Positions 53,346 to 63,598 of a stretch of 64,000 bases of DNA are shown one piece after another (position 1 is the stretch's first letter; every line of letters starts with the position of its first letter). The notes under the pieces are model-generated. The model saw only the letters and a program-made list of their open reading frames with translations, made no database searches and was not told the DNA's origin. This DNA comes from Savitreella phatthalungensis (lineage: Eukaryota). Where the stretch lies: positions 124,001-188,000 of the forward strand of contig AP039692.1 in the NCBI GenBank assembly GCA_051599415.1, given 5' to 3'. The position numbers were made by a program, and so were the translations under genes.

Positions 53346-53797
53346 TTCGCCATACATACGCGCAAAAGCTTTGGATCTTCAACGTTTGAGACATCGTCCC
53401 GCTGCACCCACCTTTCGCTTGTGACCGAGCTATCACCCACACTGTCTCATACCCTCTCGCGCGACTGCGACTCCCTCATCGCTTGCGCTAGGCGACGTCA
53501 ACATCCTCTTCTGACGTCCTCCATAGCAATCCTCACTGCGATATAATCCCCTTTCCATCACCCGAACACCCCCCATTTCTACGTGCGACAGTCGACCGCT
53601 TGTCAGCAACGCCGTCTAACGCAAACGCGCACGTTCTTCAACTCTAATTTCCAGGGATTGTACCATCCTGATAGAAGCTCTCTGCCGCGCAAGAGCGTTA
53701 TTTGCGCACCTCAACCATCCTTCTCAGATCTTTCGCCTTCGCAATCTAGAAGAAAGGCGAAAACAACGGCTGACATCCATCCTCTCTCGTGATCAAG

Positions 53798-56700
53798 ATG
53801 GACGCAGACGCCGCTTTCATATCGCTGAGTGCGGCCACATACATCGCATCCACAAACACTTCAGCATCAGATCCAGGACCATCTCGCGCGACACTCTCTC
53901 CTGATGAAGTCTGTCTCCGCAGTCTAAATGCCTTTCTCGATTACTTCCTTGCCATGATCCTGCAAGATGCAAAGTCAGTCGACCTCAAAGATCTTCAGGC
54001 TACACTCACACAGCTCCTGAACTCCCCGCTCGGTCACGTCGCCCTGCAGGAGGCTTCGGCAGAACTCGAGACATACAAATCACAAGCGGCGGGCCAAGGT
54101 CGCATTCTTGACGACGAGCTCAATGGCAAGCGCAGACCTTCCAATCAGCCTTTCAACGTCGAGGCCGTCTGGGCTCAGGCCAGAGTCAGATGCATGGTCT
54201 ACTCGACGATTGGTGAGAAGGAGGAGAATGACTTCCCGCCCCTCCCAGAAGACGAGAACAGCGTGACCCCACCAGTCGCCATTTTCCTCACAGCCATTCT
54301 CGAATTCCTTGGAGAGCACATTCTCTTCACCACTGCACGATTTGCACGCTCGCGCCTCGGCGAAGACACACGAGGTACCATGACCCATGTCGATCTTGAC
54401 CAAGGCATTCGCACAGATACCGTCCTCGCGGCTCTCTGGTCGGATTACTGGGAGATCATGCCTGCTTCCATGCAGCAACAGGCAGCGGCAGCAGCATCGA
54501 CGACCGCAGCTTCTTCCGCTCCTTCTGAGCTGCAAGGACAGAAGGCGCTGTCGGGCATGCAGAATCATCAGACGATCGGAACACTGCCCTTCACACCAGG
54601 CTCAGCCGATGCGTCCCCCGGAAGTGTTCCTTACAACCCATCTGCACAGCCTGCTCCGACAGAAGCAGTCTCGGCTCTCGCGGCTGGAACTCGTCAGCAA
54701 GATCTTGCCTCTACACCGGTCGTCATGCGGAAGCAGAGTCCAGCACTACACGATCCACGAAACCAGCCGCAAGCACAGTCGCAGACAGCCAAGCCAGCTC
54801 AACCAAGACCTATCAACACCTCAACCCTCACATCCGATAATGTCAACGTTGCAACCTCGCCCACAGCCACCATGGCAAATGGCTCCACCTTTGCCACGCG
54901 CAAGGGTGTCCAGACAGGTCTTACACAGGCCAGGCACCTCGCTTCGACAGACGATGCCGTTAGTAATGTCAGTGCTCCGATTGCAGAGCCTGGCTCCGAC
55001 TTTGACGCCTTCTTGCGTTACGAGCGACTACGGGAGGAAGAGGCACAGAGGCAATCGCGCATTCTTTCAGACCGCGACCGCGAGGCAGCTGAGGAGAAGC
55101 GCGCTCGAATCGTTGCGCAGCGCGAAGCCGCGTTGGCATCACAGCGCCAATCGATCACGCCACCAAACGATGCACAGACCCCTGCTCCCAAGTCATCACC
55201 AACCAAGCCTCAGCAGCAGACGCAGCCGACCACACCCGGGCGTGCTGGTCCAGGCTACATCGAACTACCAGCATATCGCGCGCCTCCCACAGGTGCCTCA
55301 CCAATGGCATCACCATCAGGCGCTCGTACCCCTTCGAATCTCCAGCCACGCGATGCAACGGGCTCTCCTGTCGGCGAACAGACCCTCAGACTTGCAGCTT
55401 TCCTGCGTAACACTGCACCGCCTGGCAGCGCACCGGCATCCCCTCTGCGAGAAACGCCCGTCGCAGGAGCTCCTGCCAAGAAGTCCATCCCGATCATCTC
55501 GTCGCCGTCATCATCCAAAGTCCCGCAGTCGCCGTCTCGGGGCACGACTTCCGGCACGGCGATCACGGCGCCAGAGAGTCTCGCGCCGGCGTCTCCCGCG
55601 CCAGTCCCGCGCTCCGCCGGCAACGCAAATGTCGCATCTCCACAGGCTGTAGCTGCCGCTGTGGCCGCGACGAAGAAGCTCGAAGCCCCTGCAGACATCA
55701 CACATGCTCCTACCACGGCGCAGCGCGTCAAGGCTCGCCCGGCGGAAAAGCGGCAGCCGATCGAATCGAGTGCAGGCACCTCTGTCAGCGAGGGATTCCA
55801 CGTGCCAACCACAGAGTCCGCCGCCGAGGTCTTTGTACCGGACAATGCAAGAGCAGAGTCACTCGCAGACTTCCTCTTCGGTACACCGGCCCCGCCCGCA
55901 GCAGTTGCCCATCCCAGCGCCAGAGGTGCAGAGATCATTGGTTCTCCCACACGTCAGTCATCAGCATATTCAGTCATTCCACCGCCACAGAAGCAGCAGC
56001 AGTCGCAACCCTCGGCACCTGTCTCGAAGATTAACACCGAATCTCGTCAGGAGCTTCTGCGTCAGACGACGCCGTCGCGACTGACGACGATCCCCGGATA
56101 CGATCGTCCTGTCGGACTGCCCTTGGGATCTCCATTAGCAGCCACAGCAGGCGCAAAGCAGGCCTCGACTGGCAATGCATCTGCTCCAGCGCCCGCGGCT
56201 GCCGAAATGCACCGCGATAACTCGATCGCCCGGATTGCTCACGAGGGCAAGCGTTCTCGCTTCAGGATGACGGCGTTATCGGACCAGCGAGCAGTCTCGC
56301 GCTCACAGCGTGAAGAAGAGGACGCCCTCCTGGCAGAGGACTCTGACGACGAATTGCTCGACTACAATGAGCTCCTCACCGGTCGATCTGCAGGCGGTGG
56401 TCGCAGAGGTGTCGAGTCCCTGGCAGAATTCCTCCGGTCGACCGCACCACCCGGCACGGACAATGCAGCCGTCGGTAAGCGGATGCCGCCGACAGTCATG
56501 TCGGTTGGTGGGAACGCGCAAAAGGACTCTGTCGGCGACTCCCTGCCATCATCGGCAGCGAACGGTCCCAAGGGATCACGACTCTCCTCGCTCGGACGCA
56601 GGATCTCCAGTCTCAGTTTCCAGAAACGGACGACATCGACATCGAGCGTGCCGACGGCGAGCGACAAGGAGTACGTCCACGACACCGCGTCAACAGCAGC

Positions 56701-56812
56701 AGCGTCTGAGTCAACCATCAACGACAAACTTGCACAGCCACAGAACCCGCCATCCCGACCTACGCATCGGCCGCTCATCCCGTCCACCTCCGACGGTCCC
56801 CCACGGCTTTAG
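53798..56812 (+). CDS. Uncharacterised protein with N-terminal H2B/H2A-like histone fold and long Pro/Ser/Ala-rich tail
   Basis: About 1004-aa ORF from ATG 53798. Two segments resemble H2B and H2A helices. Three LAxFL..T..PP repeats in the tail. Confidence 0.75.
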   Translation: MDADAAFISLSAATYIASTNTSASDPGPSRATLSPDEVCLRSLNAFLDYFLAMILQDAKSVDLKDLQATLTQLLNSPLGHVALQEASAELETYKSQAAGQGRILDDELNGKRRPSNQPFNVEAVWAQARVRCMVYSTIGEKEENDFPPLPEDENSVTPPVAIFLTAILEFLGEHILFTTARFARSRLGEDTRGTMTHVDLDQGIRTDTVLAALWSDYWEIMPASMQQQAAAAASTTAASSAPSELQGQKALSGMQNHQTIGTLPFTPGSADASPGSVPYNPSAQPAPTEAVSALAAGTRQQDLASTPVVMRKQSPALHDPRNQPQAQSQTAKPAQPRPINTSTLTSDNVNVATSPTATMANGSTFATRKGVQTGLTQARHLASTDDAVSNVSAPIAEPGSDFDAFLRYERLREEEAQRQSRILSDRDREAAEEKRARIVAQREAALASQRQSITPPNDAQTPAPKSSPTKPQQQTQPTTPGRAGPGYIELPAYRAPPTGASPMASPSGARTPSNLQPRDATGSPVGEQTLRLAAFLRNTAPPGSAPASPLRETPVAGAPAKKSIPIISSPSSSKVPQSPSRGTTSGTAITAPESLAPASPAPVPRSAGNANVASPQAVAAAVAATKKLEAPADITHAPTTAQRVKARPAEKRQPIESSAGTSVSEGFHVPTTESAAEVFVPDNARAESLADFLFGTPAPPAAVAHPSARGAEIIGSPTRQSSAYSVIPPPQKQQQSQPSAPVSKINTESRQELLRQTTPSRLTTIPGYDRPVGLPLGSPLAATAGAKQASTGNASAPAPAAAEMHRDNSIARIAHEGKRSRFRMTALSDQRAVSRSQREEEDALLAEDSDDELLDYNELLTGRSAGGGRRGVESLAEFLRSTAPPGTDNAAVGKRMPPTVMSVGGNAQKDSVGDSLPSSAANGPKGSRLSSLGRRISSLSFQKRTTSTSSVPTASDKEYVHDTASTAAASESTINDKLAQPQNPPSRPTHRPLIPSTSDGPPRL

Positions 56813-56992
56813 ACAGACATATCTGGCAGATTCCTTCTGCAACTTTTTACGTATGTAAGAAAAAAGCATATCTTCGAAATAAGTCATCGACATCACTATC
56901 CTCCTCCATGCTTCTGCATGCCATAGCAATTTGCAATTATCTGTGCTGAACTACCAAACTTGAGAGCTTGCTTGACCCCCTTCCTGCTCAAC

Positions 56993-57778
56993 TCAAATGG
57001 CCTTGAGCTCTTTGAGCTTTGCAACGAGAGAGTCTACATCTGCGACCTTGTCACCACCCTGTCTCGTCGGTGGCTCTTCCACCTTGAGTAGCTTGAGCCT
57101 CGGGTTTGCGAGATCAACGCCATAGTCCTGTGGCTTCTTCTTGGCCAGCGGCTTCTTCTTCGCCTTCATGATGTTTGGGAGGGTGGCAAACCTAGGCTCG
57201 TTCAACCTCAAGTCGGTCGTAATCACACACGGCAACTTGACCTCAACCGTCTCAGTCCCACCATCCACCTCACGCTCAACCTTCACCTCCTTCCCACCCT
57301 CACCCACCTCAACCTTGGACGCACACGTCGCCTGACCCCACCCAAGCAATCCCGCAAGCATCTGTCCCGTCTGATTGTTATCGGTGTCGATAGCCTGTTT
57401 GCCCAAGATCACAATATCCGCCTTCTCCTCCTTGGCCGCGCCGGCGATCAGCTTGGCTACGCTGAGTGGTTCCAATTTCGGGGTATCTGACTCAGCGACC
57501 TCGACCAGGAGCGCTCGATCGGCGCCCATTGCCAATGCCGTCCTGAGGGTATCCTGCGCCTTTGGCGGCCCTGCTGAGAAGGCGACGATGTCGGATACTT
57601 TGTCCTTCCCCAGCTTCTCTCGAAGCCGGACAGCCTCCTCGACACCGATCTCGCAGAACGGGTTCAACGACTGCTTCTGACCAGTCAAGTCCACACCAGC
57701 ACCACCTTTCGCAATCCGGGGCTTGAGGGCGTAGTCCAACACCCGCTTCGTAGCACACATGATCCGTAGAGACGTCAT
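56993..57778 (-). CDS. CIR1: Electron transfer flavoprotein beta subunit
   Basis: KRVLDY, SLNPFCEIGVEEAVRLRE, LRTALAMGADRA, LGKQAIDTDNNQTGQMLAGLLGWGQAT, TTDLRLNEPRFATLPNIMKAKKKP. First ATG at 57778. Confidence 0.95.
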   Translation of the reverse strand: MTSLRIMCATKRVLDYALKPRIAKGGAGVDLTGQKQSLNPFCEIGVEEAVRLREKLGKDKVSDIVAFSAGPPKAQDTLRTALAMGADRALLVEVAESDTPKLEPLSVAKLIAGAAKEEKADIVILGKQAIDTDNNQTGQMLAGLLGWGQATCASKVEVGEGGKEVKVEREVDGGTETVEVKLPCVITTDLRLNEPRFATLPNIMKAKKKPLAKKKPQDYGVDLANPRLKLLKVEEPPTRQGGDKVADVDSLVAKLKELKAI

Positions 57779-58210
57779 CTTCGGAGGTAGAGAGGATGAG
57801 TACGCTCTGTGACACGTTTGATGAAATGACGCTTGATGGAGACTTGCAAGCCTGGTAAGATGCTGCGCACTCCAACGTGTGTATACAGTATATTGCGGAG
57901 AGAAATTTACAAAAGTCAATCAAGTCATCAGCACGTGATTGATCAAACACGTGCTGTATGGCCGAGGTTGAAACCTCGCTGACCTGATCGACCTGACATA
58001 CGATGATGAGGTTCATAGTGTAGTCCTCGCCTGCACAGCTTCCAGGAGACTTCCTCACACGATCAAACAAGACTGCCATATAGACGACGGATCGTGTGTC
58101 GGGCGTACAATCATATTTGCTTTATTATCCCTATCTTCGCTTTTTCATCGCTCGTTAGCGCATTGTGGTTCACTTTCTCGGCATGGCATGTACAAGAAGT
58201 GATATTATAC

Positions 58211-58912
58211 TCATGCCTTGTGAGAGTGTCCGGCAGTGCCGATGGCGTTGGTGTGTGGGTGAGCACCGTCAGCATGACCGTGGTCGAGCACGGCTGGCTC
58301 TCCTGCACGGACCTCGCGAGACACCGGTCCGGTGCCCTCGATCGATCCTCCCTTCGCCTTGAACTGGTCGAGGGTGATGGTTGGCTCGACGGTTGCCTCG
58401 TGCACGATCGGGGCCTCGTGAATCACCTTGTGGGTGGCCGCGGTGGTGTGGATCACCTCGGGCTGGATAACGTCACGCTGGATCACAGGCTGTGTCTGCT
58501 CAATCACGTGGTGGTGTGTCACATCACGGCCAACTGCGCCAAGCGACTCAGTCGTGTGCTGCGTGGGCAAGGTTGTGGTCGAGTCCTTGTAGGCGGTCTG
58601 CTGCTCCTGGAGTGCACGCTGTGCGCCGCTCGAGATGTCGTGGCGCTCCTCGTGCTGCTGGACTGGGAGGACGTTGTGCTTGTGGACGGTGTTCTCGACG
58701 CGCTGGTCGGCAATAGGCTGGACACGCTGCTGGTGGTGAACCTGGTGGTGCTCACGGTCCTCGACGACCTGTGTCTGCTCGTGCACGTTCTTCTGCTGAC
58801 GCTCCTGTGTGACGGCCGGAAGAACCTCCTCGCGGGTCTGCGTGGTGTCGTGCTTGTTGCCGCCGAGGAACTCCTTGGCGCCGTCTGTGAGCTTGTTCAA
58901 CGTGCTAGACAT
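58211..58912 (-). CDS. His/Gln/Thr/Val-rich hydrophilic repeat protein (fungal 'allergen'-like family), 233 aa
   Basis: Two internal modules, DREHHQVHHQQRVQPI and HHHVIEQTQPVIQRDVIQPEVIHTT. Strong codon bias. TATATA about 85 nt upstream. Confidence 0.8.
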   Translation of the reverse strand: MSSTLNKLTDGAKEFLGGNKHDTTQTREEVLPAVTQERQQKNVHEQTQVVEDREHHQVHHQQRVQPIADQRVENTVHKHNVLPVQQHEERHDISSGAQRALQEQQTAYKDSTTTLPTQHTTESLGAVGRDVTHHHVIEQTQPVIQRDVIQPEVIHTTAATHKVIHEAPIVHEATVEPTITLDQFKAKGGSIEGTGPVSREVRAGEPAVLDHGHADGAHPHTNAIGTAGHSHKA

Positions 58913-58993
58913 GATTGTGCGGTATAAAAAGTTGTAATGTATTTTGGCCGATGTACTTGATCGTGCTTCTCTCCAACGGCGGCGCACCCAGTC

Positions 58994-59097
58994 TATATAC
59001 TGCAGACATGTGCCATGACGCGTCTACGATGGCGTTGTCCGGCCACAGTGACGCACGGGCTGTTCTCGATGGCGAATATGCGATCTACGACTGACGT
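58994..59097 (-). promoter_or_regulatory. TATA box plus three TGACG (ATF/CRE half-site) motifs
   Basis: TATATA at 58994-58999. TGACG at 59016, 59049 and 59092 (TGACGT). Confidence 0.4.
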
Positions 59098-62000
59098 GAA
59101 CATAGTTCGGAAGACAAGATAGTGGGAATGCTAGCCGAGGCGGTGCATCTCGTTTTGCCAATTGCTATGGCTGGCCACGGAGGAACAACCCACAAACTCT
59201 CCGAGAACGATTCATTTGAGATCATGTGTCGTCATACATGATCGTCGGGAATCTAGTCCTGCACGGTTGCGTAGCAGGAGAACGAATGGTACTGGCGATG
59301 ATGCAGGGGCCACCAGTATCTGATATGGTGAAATGATGGCAGACTGCAGAGATCTTTCTACAATCCACACAGGTATCACATTGGCAAGCAAGCTATGTGA
59401 TGTGATATGAGCCAAGATCGTGCAAAGGATCGGCTCAGTGGGTTGGCTACATGGCATCATGGCTTTCTGGCTTGTGCCTTCGGTATGCTAGGAAGGCTTG
59501 GCTTTGTGCCGCTGACTTGAGATTTGTGTTTGCAAAAGGATGACGAAGGTGGGGATACAGCCGCGGGCAAGAGGCGAGATTGAATGTCTCGCATCCGTCG
59601 AATGCTCCGCCAACGTGCTTGATACTCGACATCTCAAGCAGATGTAAAGAATAGAAGTATATGCTAGTAGATGACACCGGCACCTCGAGCAAGTTTGGCC
59701 TCGAATCGGCCGTGCAAATCCCTCAACCTTGTAGGGTGAATATTCAGACGGGCTATGCCACTGCGGGAAGAACAGGGAAGGCACTCGAGGACAGATTCTC
59801 GTCTCTCAGCATGCATCAGCTATGATCGGAATTCACATAGCTGAAATTTACCCGGTCGCCAGTGATGGAGTCTGGCTTGAGCTTGAATCCCACCAAGTTG
59901 ACTCAGATACTTGAGTACACGTACTTTGAGGCTGCAGCATTATGACTGGCGTGGACGGAGAAAGCTACTTGAGTGGGTGACTGCACGCCATGGCTGGCGA
60001 GGCGGTCTCTGAGGGGCGCAATATATCGTTTCTCAATAGCTTGACCATTCATAGTCCATAATACACAAGTGGCTTGGGGTGTCTGCTGATCTTCTCGCAC
60101 TGTTTGGCTTGGTATAGCTCCTGGGTTCTGCTTTCTGGATGATGCATGATGTGCAATTGGCAGCAAATTGATCTTGCAGTGGCGAGGGTGGGAAGGGAGA
60201 AAATATACGAGAATTTCTTTCGAATATCGCAATCCAAAATGACGAACGCGAAACATGGATGGCGTCAAGTCCTTGGCGTGTTGACATTTTCCCTGCCAAA
60301 AAAGCAGCAATGAGGTTGCAAGAATGAGAGGAATGATGTCCGTTTCGTCTCGCGTAGAGCACGCAGACGGACGAGCGTATTGCTTTGCATCGCATCACGT
60401 CGCTGCACGCTGTTCGCACGACTCTGAGTTCATCATGATCCGTATAAAACTCGTGGTAGATTTGAGAATATGTTATCGCCATGAACGTGAATCAGGACAT
60501 GTGCACGAGTGGCGTCCACTCAAACTTCATCTCGGGGCATTTTCATTCACCAACTCAATTGGTCTTGAATATGCATGTTCCAGCACTAGGAAGAGTTTTG
60601 TGATCCGAACAACGAATCAGCCATACACTTTCATCATTCCCTTGGCGTAAACACCTCCTCATCGGCAGCTCGGATGCCGACAGCCATGACAAGCGATAGA
60701 GCTAAGATGTGATACGGATCGCGGATCAGACGGACCTGGTCTCTGACGATTCAAATTCTCAGCGAGACGAGAGGAAGCTTGCTATAGACTTTCTACGTTG
60801 TACGCGGCCAACCCGTCGATAGGCATCACTTTGTTGTCCTTCAATCTCAGTTCACCGTGCATAATGCTTGACACATATGTTCTGTAATATGATCCAGGGT
60901 CAGATCTTGAGAAGGCAACTCGGAGATCTACCATAATGATAATGGTAGATCTATGACGCAACAGATTGCAGACCATGGAAATTCGCGAATTGCATGTTCT
61001 AGTTCACATGTCTAAATTTCAAGATGTTGAGGAAGCGAAGCTGATTTCCACTTTCAATTTCATTCGTCTTTGCAGATCGCCTGAGTCCAGAAGCAGTTCG
61101 GTATCTTCTCAAGAGCACATTCGCGCCATTGTTTGACCTCATCCTTGATGCAGTTGGCGTGCTCTTTACTGATTATGAATGCTGTCTACTCGAACATGGA
61201 TCACAATATTTCTGCATCACTGTTGTGCCATATCGTCGTCAAGCACATCCTGATTTGGTCATGTTGGCGGTCGAGGATAATAGTACGGCAAGAGTCGTGA
61301 TTCTGTATGCGTTGTCCACTCGCCATCGGGCGTTTTGGCGTTATTGGAAGATCTACCTGAGTCAAAGCAGTTATTCTGTCGGCCGGAAAAGACTTCTTGC
61401 CATCGGCTGACACTGGGCGGTAGTGGCGCTGTCTAAATGCAAAGGGTCAAATGAGAATTAGTTCTTCAAGGGTCGTGGTTTCCATAAAGCTGATTTATTC
61501 ATTCATCCATCATAAGAATTATCAACGTCTTTATTAAATTCGGCAACTGCGTTCTACCTCCTGTAGCTCTCAAAATGTAATGGCTTTTGAATTCAGAGCG
61601 AACTACGAATCTCCGCCTCGTCAGCAAGGACTACTGATCTTGTCGAGTATGACTTCATACGCGCTTCTTTCGCGAAGTCTAACTAATTTACTCTGAGGCA
61701 GCTCAAGACACTCGTGTCTCTCCACTATACGAGGCGGGATGTTCTCAAGGCGCAAAATACCCATCAGCGAGAAGGTCAAGCAGGTTTAGAAGAAACTCAC
61801 TGAGAACGACTGCCGGTAATAGTTTCGCCAGAGCATAAACCCATCGTCTATACTGCAAGTGGATACAGCAGTCTCGCGGAAGCCTCATCCACATGAGATC
61901 CGCAGTATGGATACATCCATTTGAGGTTAGCACTGCCGAACGCCTTCCTTTGACGCGCCGAAGGCTTGCAAATTGCCTATCCACTGTGCTTGGATATGTG

Positions 62001-62401
62001 GCTACATACGAACTGTCCAATAATGCACATACAGAGCTTCAGCTAGGGCGTATCGCACTAGACCCGTGCACGATGGTTCACAGACCACTGGAATCACAAA
62101 GACTGAGCCTGAATCATTGCCAGAATTCGCCGCTCCGACGACATCATCAGTCGATACGAGGACAAATCTCATCCGCTGCTTCTGAGCCAGGCTCCAGAGC
62201 AGACCAGTGAAGTGCCACTTTTGTAAACGCCTCAGCTGCTCCAATCTAATAGCGACCTGTATCTCTGGTCGTGCCTTACGAGCATCAACGATCAAGTGCA
62301 AGTAATAATCATCGTCTCAAGACGTCGATCTCCATCACAGCTCACTCCACAGTCAAGTTAGCTACCTACCTTGCAACTCGTCGCAGCGTTGCTGAAGAAT
62401 C

Positions 62402-63598
62402 ATGGGCTTGATTGACAAGCTGAAGGGCCACAAGAAGGAGGAGAGCTTTGACGATGTGGCAGCGAGACAGCAGCAGCAGAGCACCGGAAAGAGCAGCAAG
62501 CGAAGGTCTTTGAGCCTCGGGCGCAAGTCTAGCAAGAAGCTCGGTGCAAAGGACGTCGACGCTGTCCCGCCTGTGCCAACTGAAGGTACGACTGCAACGT
62601 ATCCTGTTGATGGTACGCACGGAGTTGAGTCTGCTCGGGAGAACGCTGCCGCGAACTCCGTAGCTCACAGCAACGGAAACACGAATCCGTCTGAGATTCC
62701 GGCGGCTTCTTCATCTGCCACGCCGGGCGCGGGTATCACGAATGCTGCATCCGCGGCAAAGGCGCAGGGTTCGGCAAACGAGAAGTCTGTCGACGGCATC
62801 ACGTCTGGAGTGCACTCACTCCATATCCCTGCCAGCGACCCACGCTTCGACCGATCCAAGCTGAGCGATACGCCTTTCGATGAGGCAGCATTCTTTGGCG
62901 ACTCACAGACCACGACAGACTTCCAGCAATCGCAGCTTAAGGCTGTGATTCAGCAACGTATCCAGCCGACCGTGCACGAGATTGTACATCCAATCTTCCA
63001 CCACGAGCACCACGTCACACACCACCAAACACGCATTCAGCCGGTGCTTGAGCAGGTGATCTTGCCCGCAAAGCACTTTGTCATCATCGAAGGCAAAAAG
63101 TATGAAATCCTTCCGGAAGCTGTCGTCAACCACGTTGTTGTGCAGCGTGAGTACATTCCGATGAACGTCAAACCGCAAGTCATTGTACACAATTACGTGA
63201 ACGGGGAACCGCATGTGGGACCGATCACCGGCGTTGGCGCTAGTCCACTCAACCAAGACGTTGCAACTGAGCACCAGCGCTTCATCAACGCTTCGTACGA
63301 GCCTAATGCGGCAGCCAAGCACCAGAAAGATGTGCCCGCAGCTGTACTGGACTCTCGGCCTGCTGGACAAATCGTTGACACGGGCTTTGACGCGAGCAAG
63401 ATTGATCGTGCTGCTGCGAACCTGTTCAACAACCCGATCTACAAGGGTCCGATTGAGAATCTCAGCAACCACGCCAATATGACGACCACAGGTTCAGCAT
63501 ACAGTGCTGCCGGTATTCACCAGGTGCCAAACACGTCGAAACCTCTGCCAGGCGTCAATCTCCCAGGCGGCAACTCTGCAGCGGTCACATCTAAGTAA
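62402..63598 (+). CDS. Hypothetical protein with one His-rich 'allergen'-like module, 398 aa
   Basis: Long ORF. AVIQQRIQPTVHEIVHPIFHHEHHVTHHQTRIQPV aligns with the module in 58211-58912. Confidence 0.75.
   Translation: MGLIDKLKGHKKEESFDDVAARQQQQSTGKSSKRRSLSLGRKSSKKLGAKDVDAVPPVPTEGTTATYPVDGTHGVESARENAAANSVAHSNGNTNPSEIPAASSSATPGAGITNAASAAKAQGSANEKSVDGITSGVHSLHIPASDPRFDRSKLSDTPFDEAAFFGDSQTTTDFQQSQLKAVIQQRIQPTVHEIVHPIFHHEHHVTHHQTRIQPVLEQVILPAKHFVIIEGKKYEILPEAVVNHVVVQREYIPMNVKPQVIVHNYVNGEPHVGPITGVGASPLNQDVATEHQRFINASYEPNAAAKHQKDVPAAVLDSRPAGQIVDTGFDASKIDRAAANLFNNPIYKGPIENLSNHANMTTTGSAYSAAGIHQVPNTSKPLPGVNLPGGNSAAVTSK

Noticed and set aside
54387..55652. 421-aa alternative-frame ORF inside the histone-fold gene
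   Set aside because: Arg/His/Leu-rich by-product of Pro/Ala/Ser codons; no domain features.
58094..58927. 277-aa plus-strand ORF
   Set aside because: Antisense shadow of the codon-biased His-rich gene; no motif of its own and no ATG start.
59100..62400. Hidden gene or ncRNA in the long divergent spacer
   Set aside because: Only short ORFs without motifs; no snRNA, snoRNA or rRNA signature recognised.
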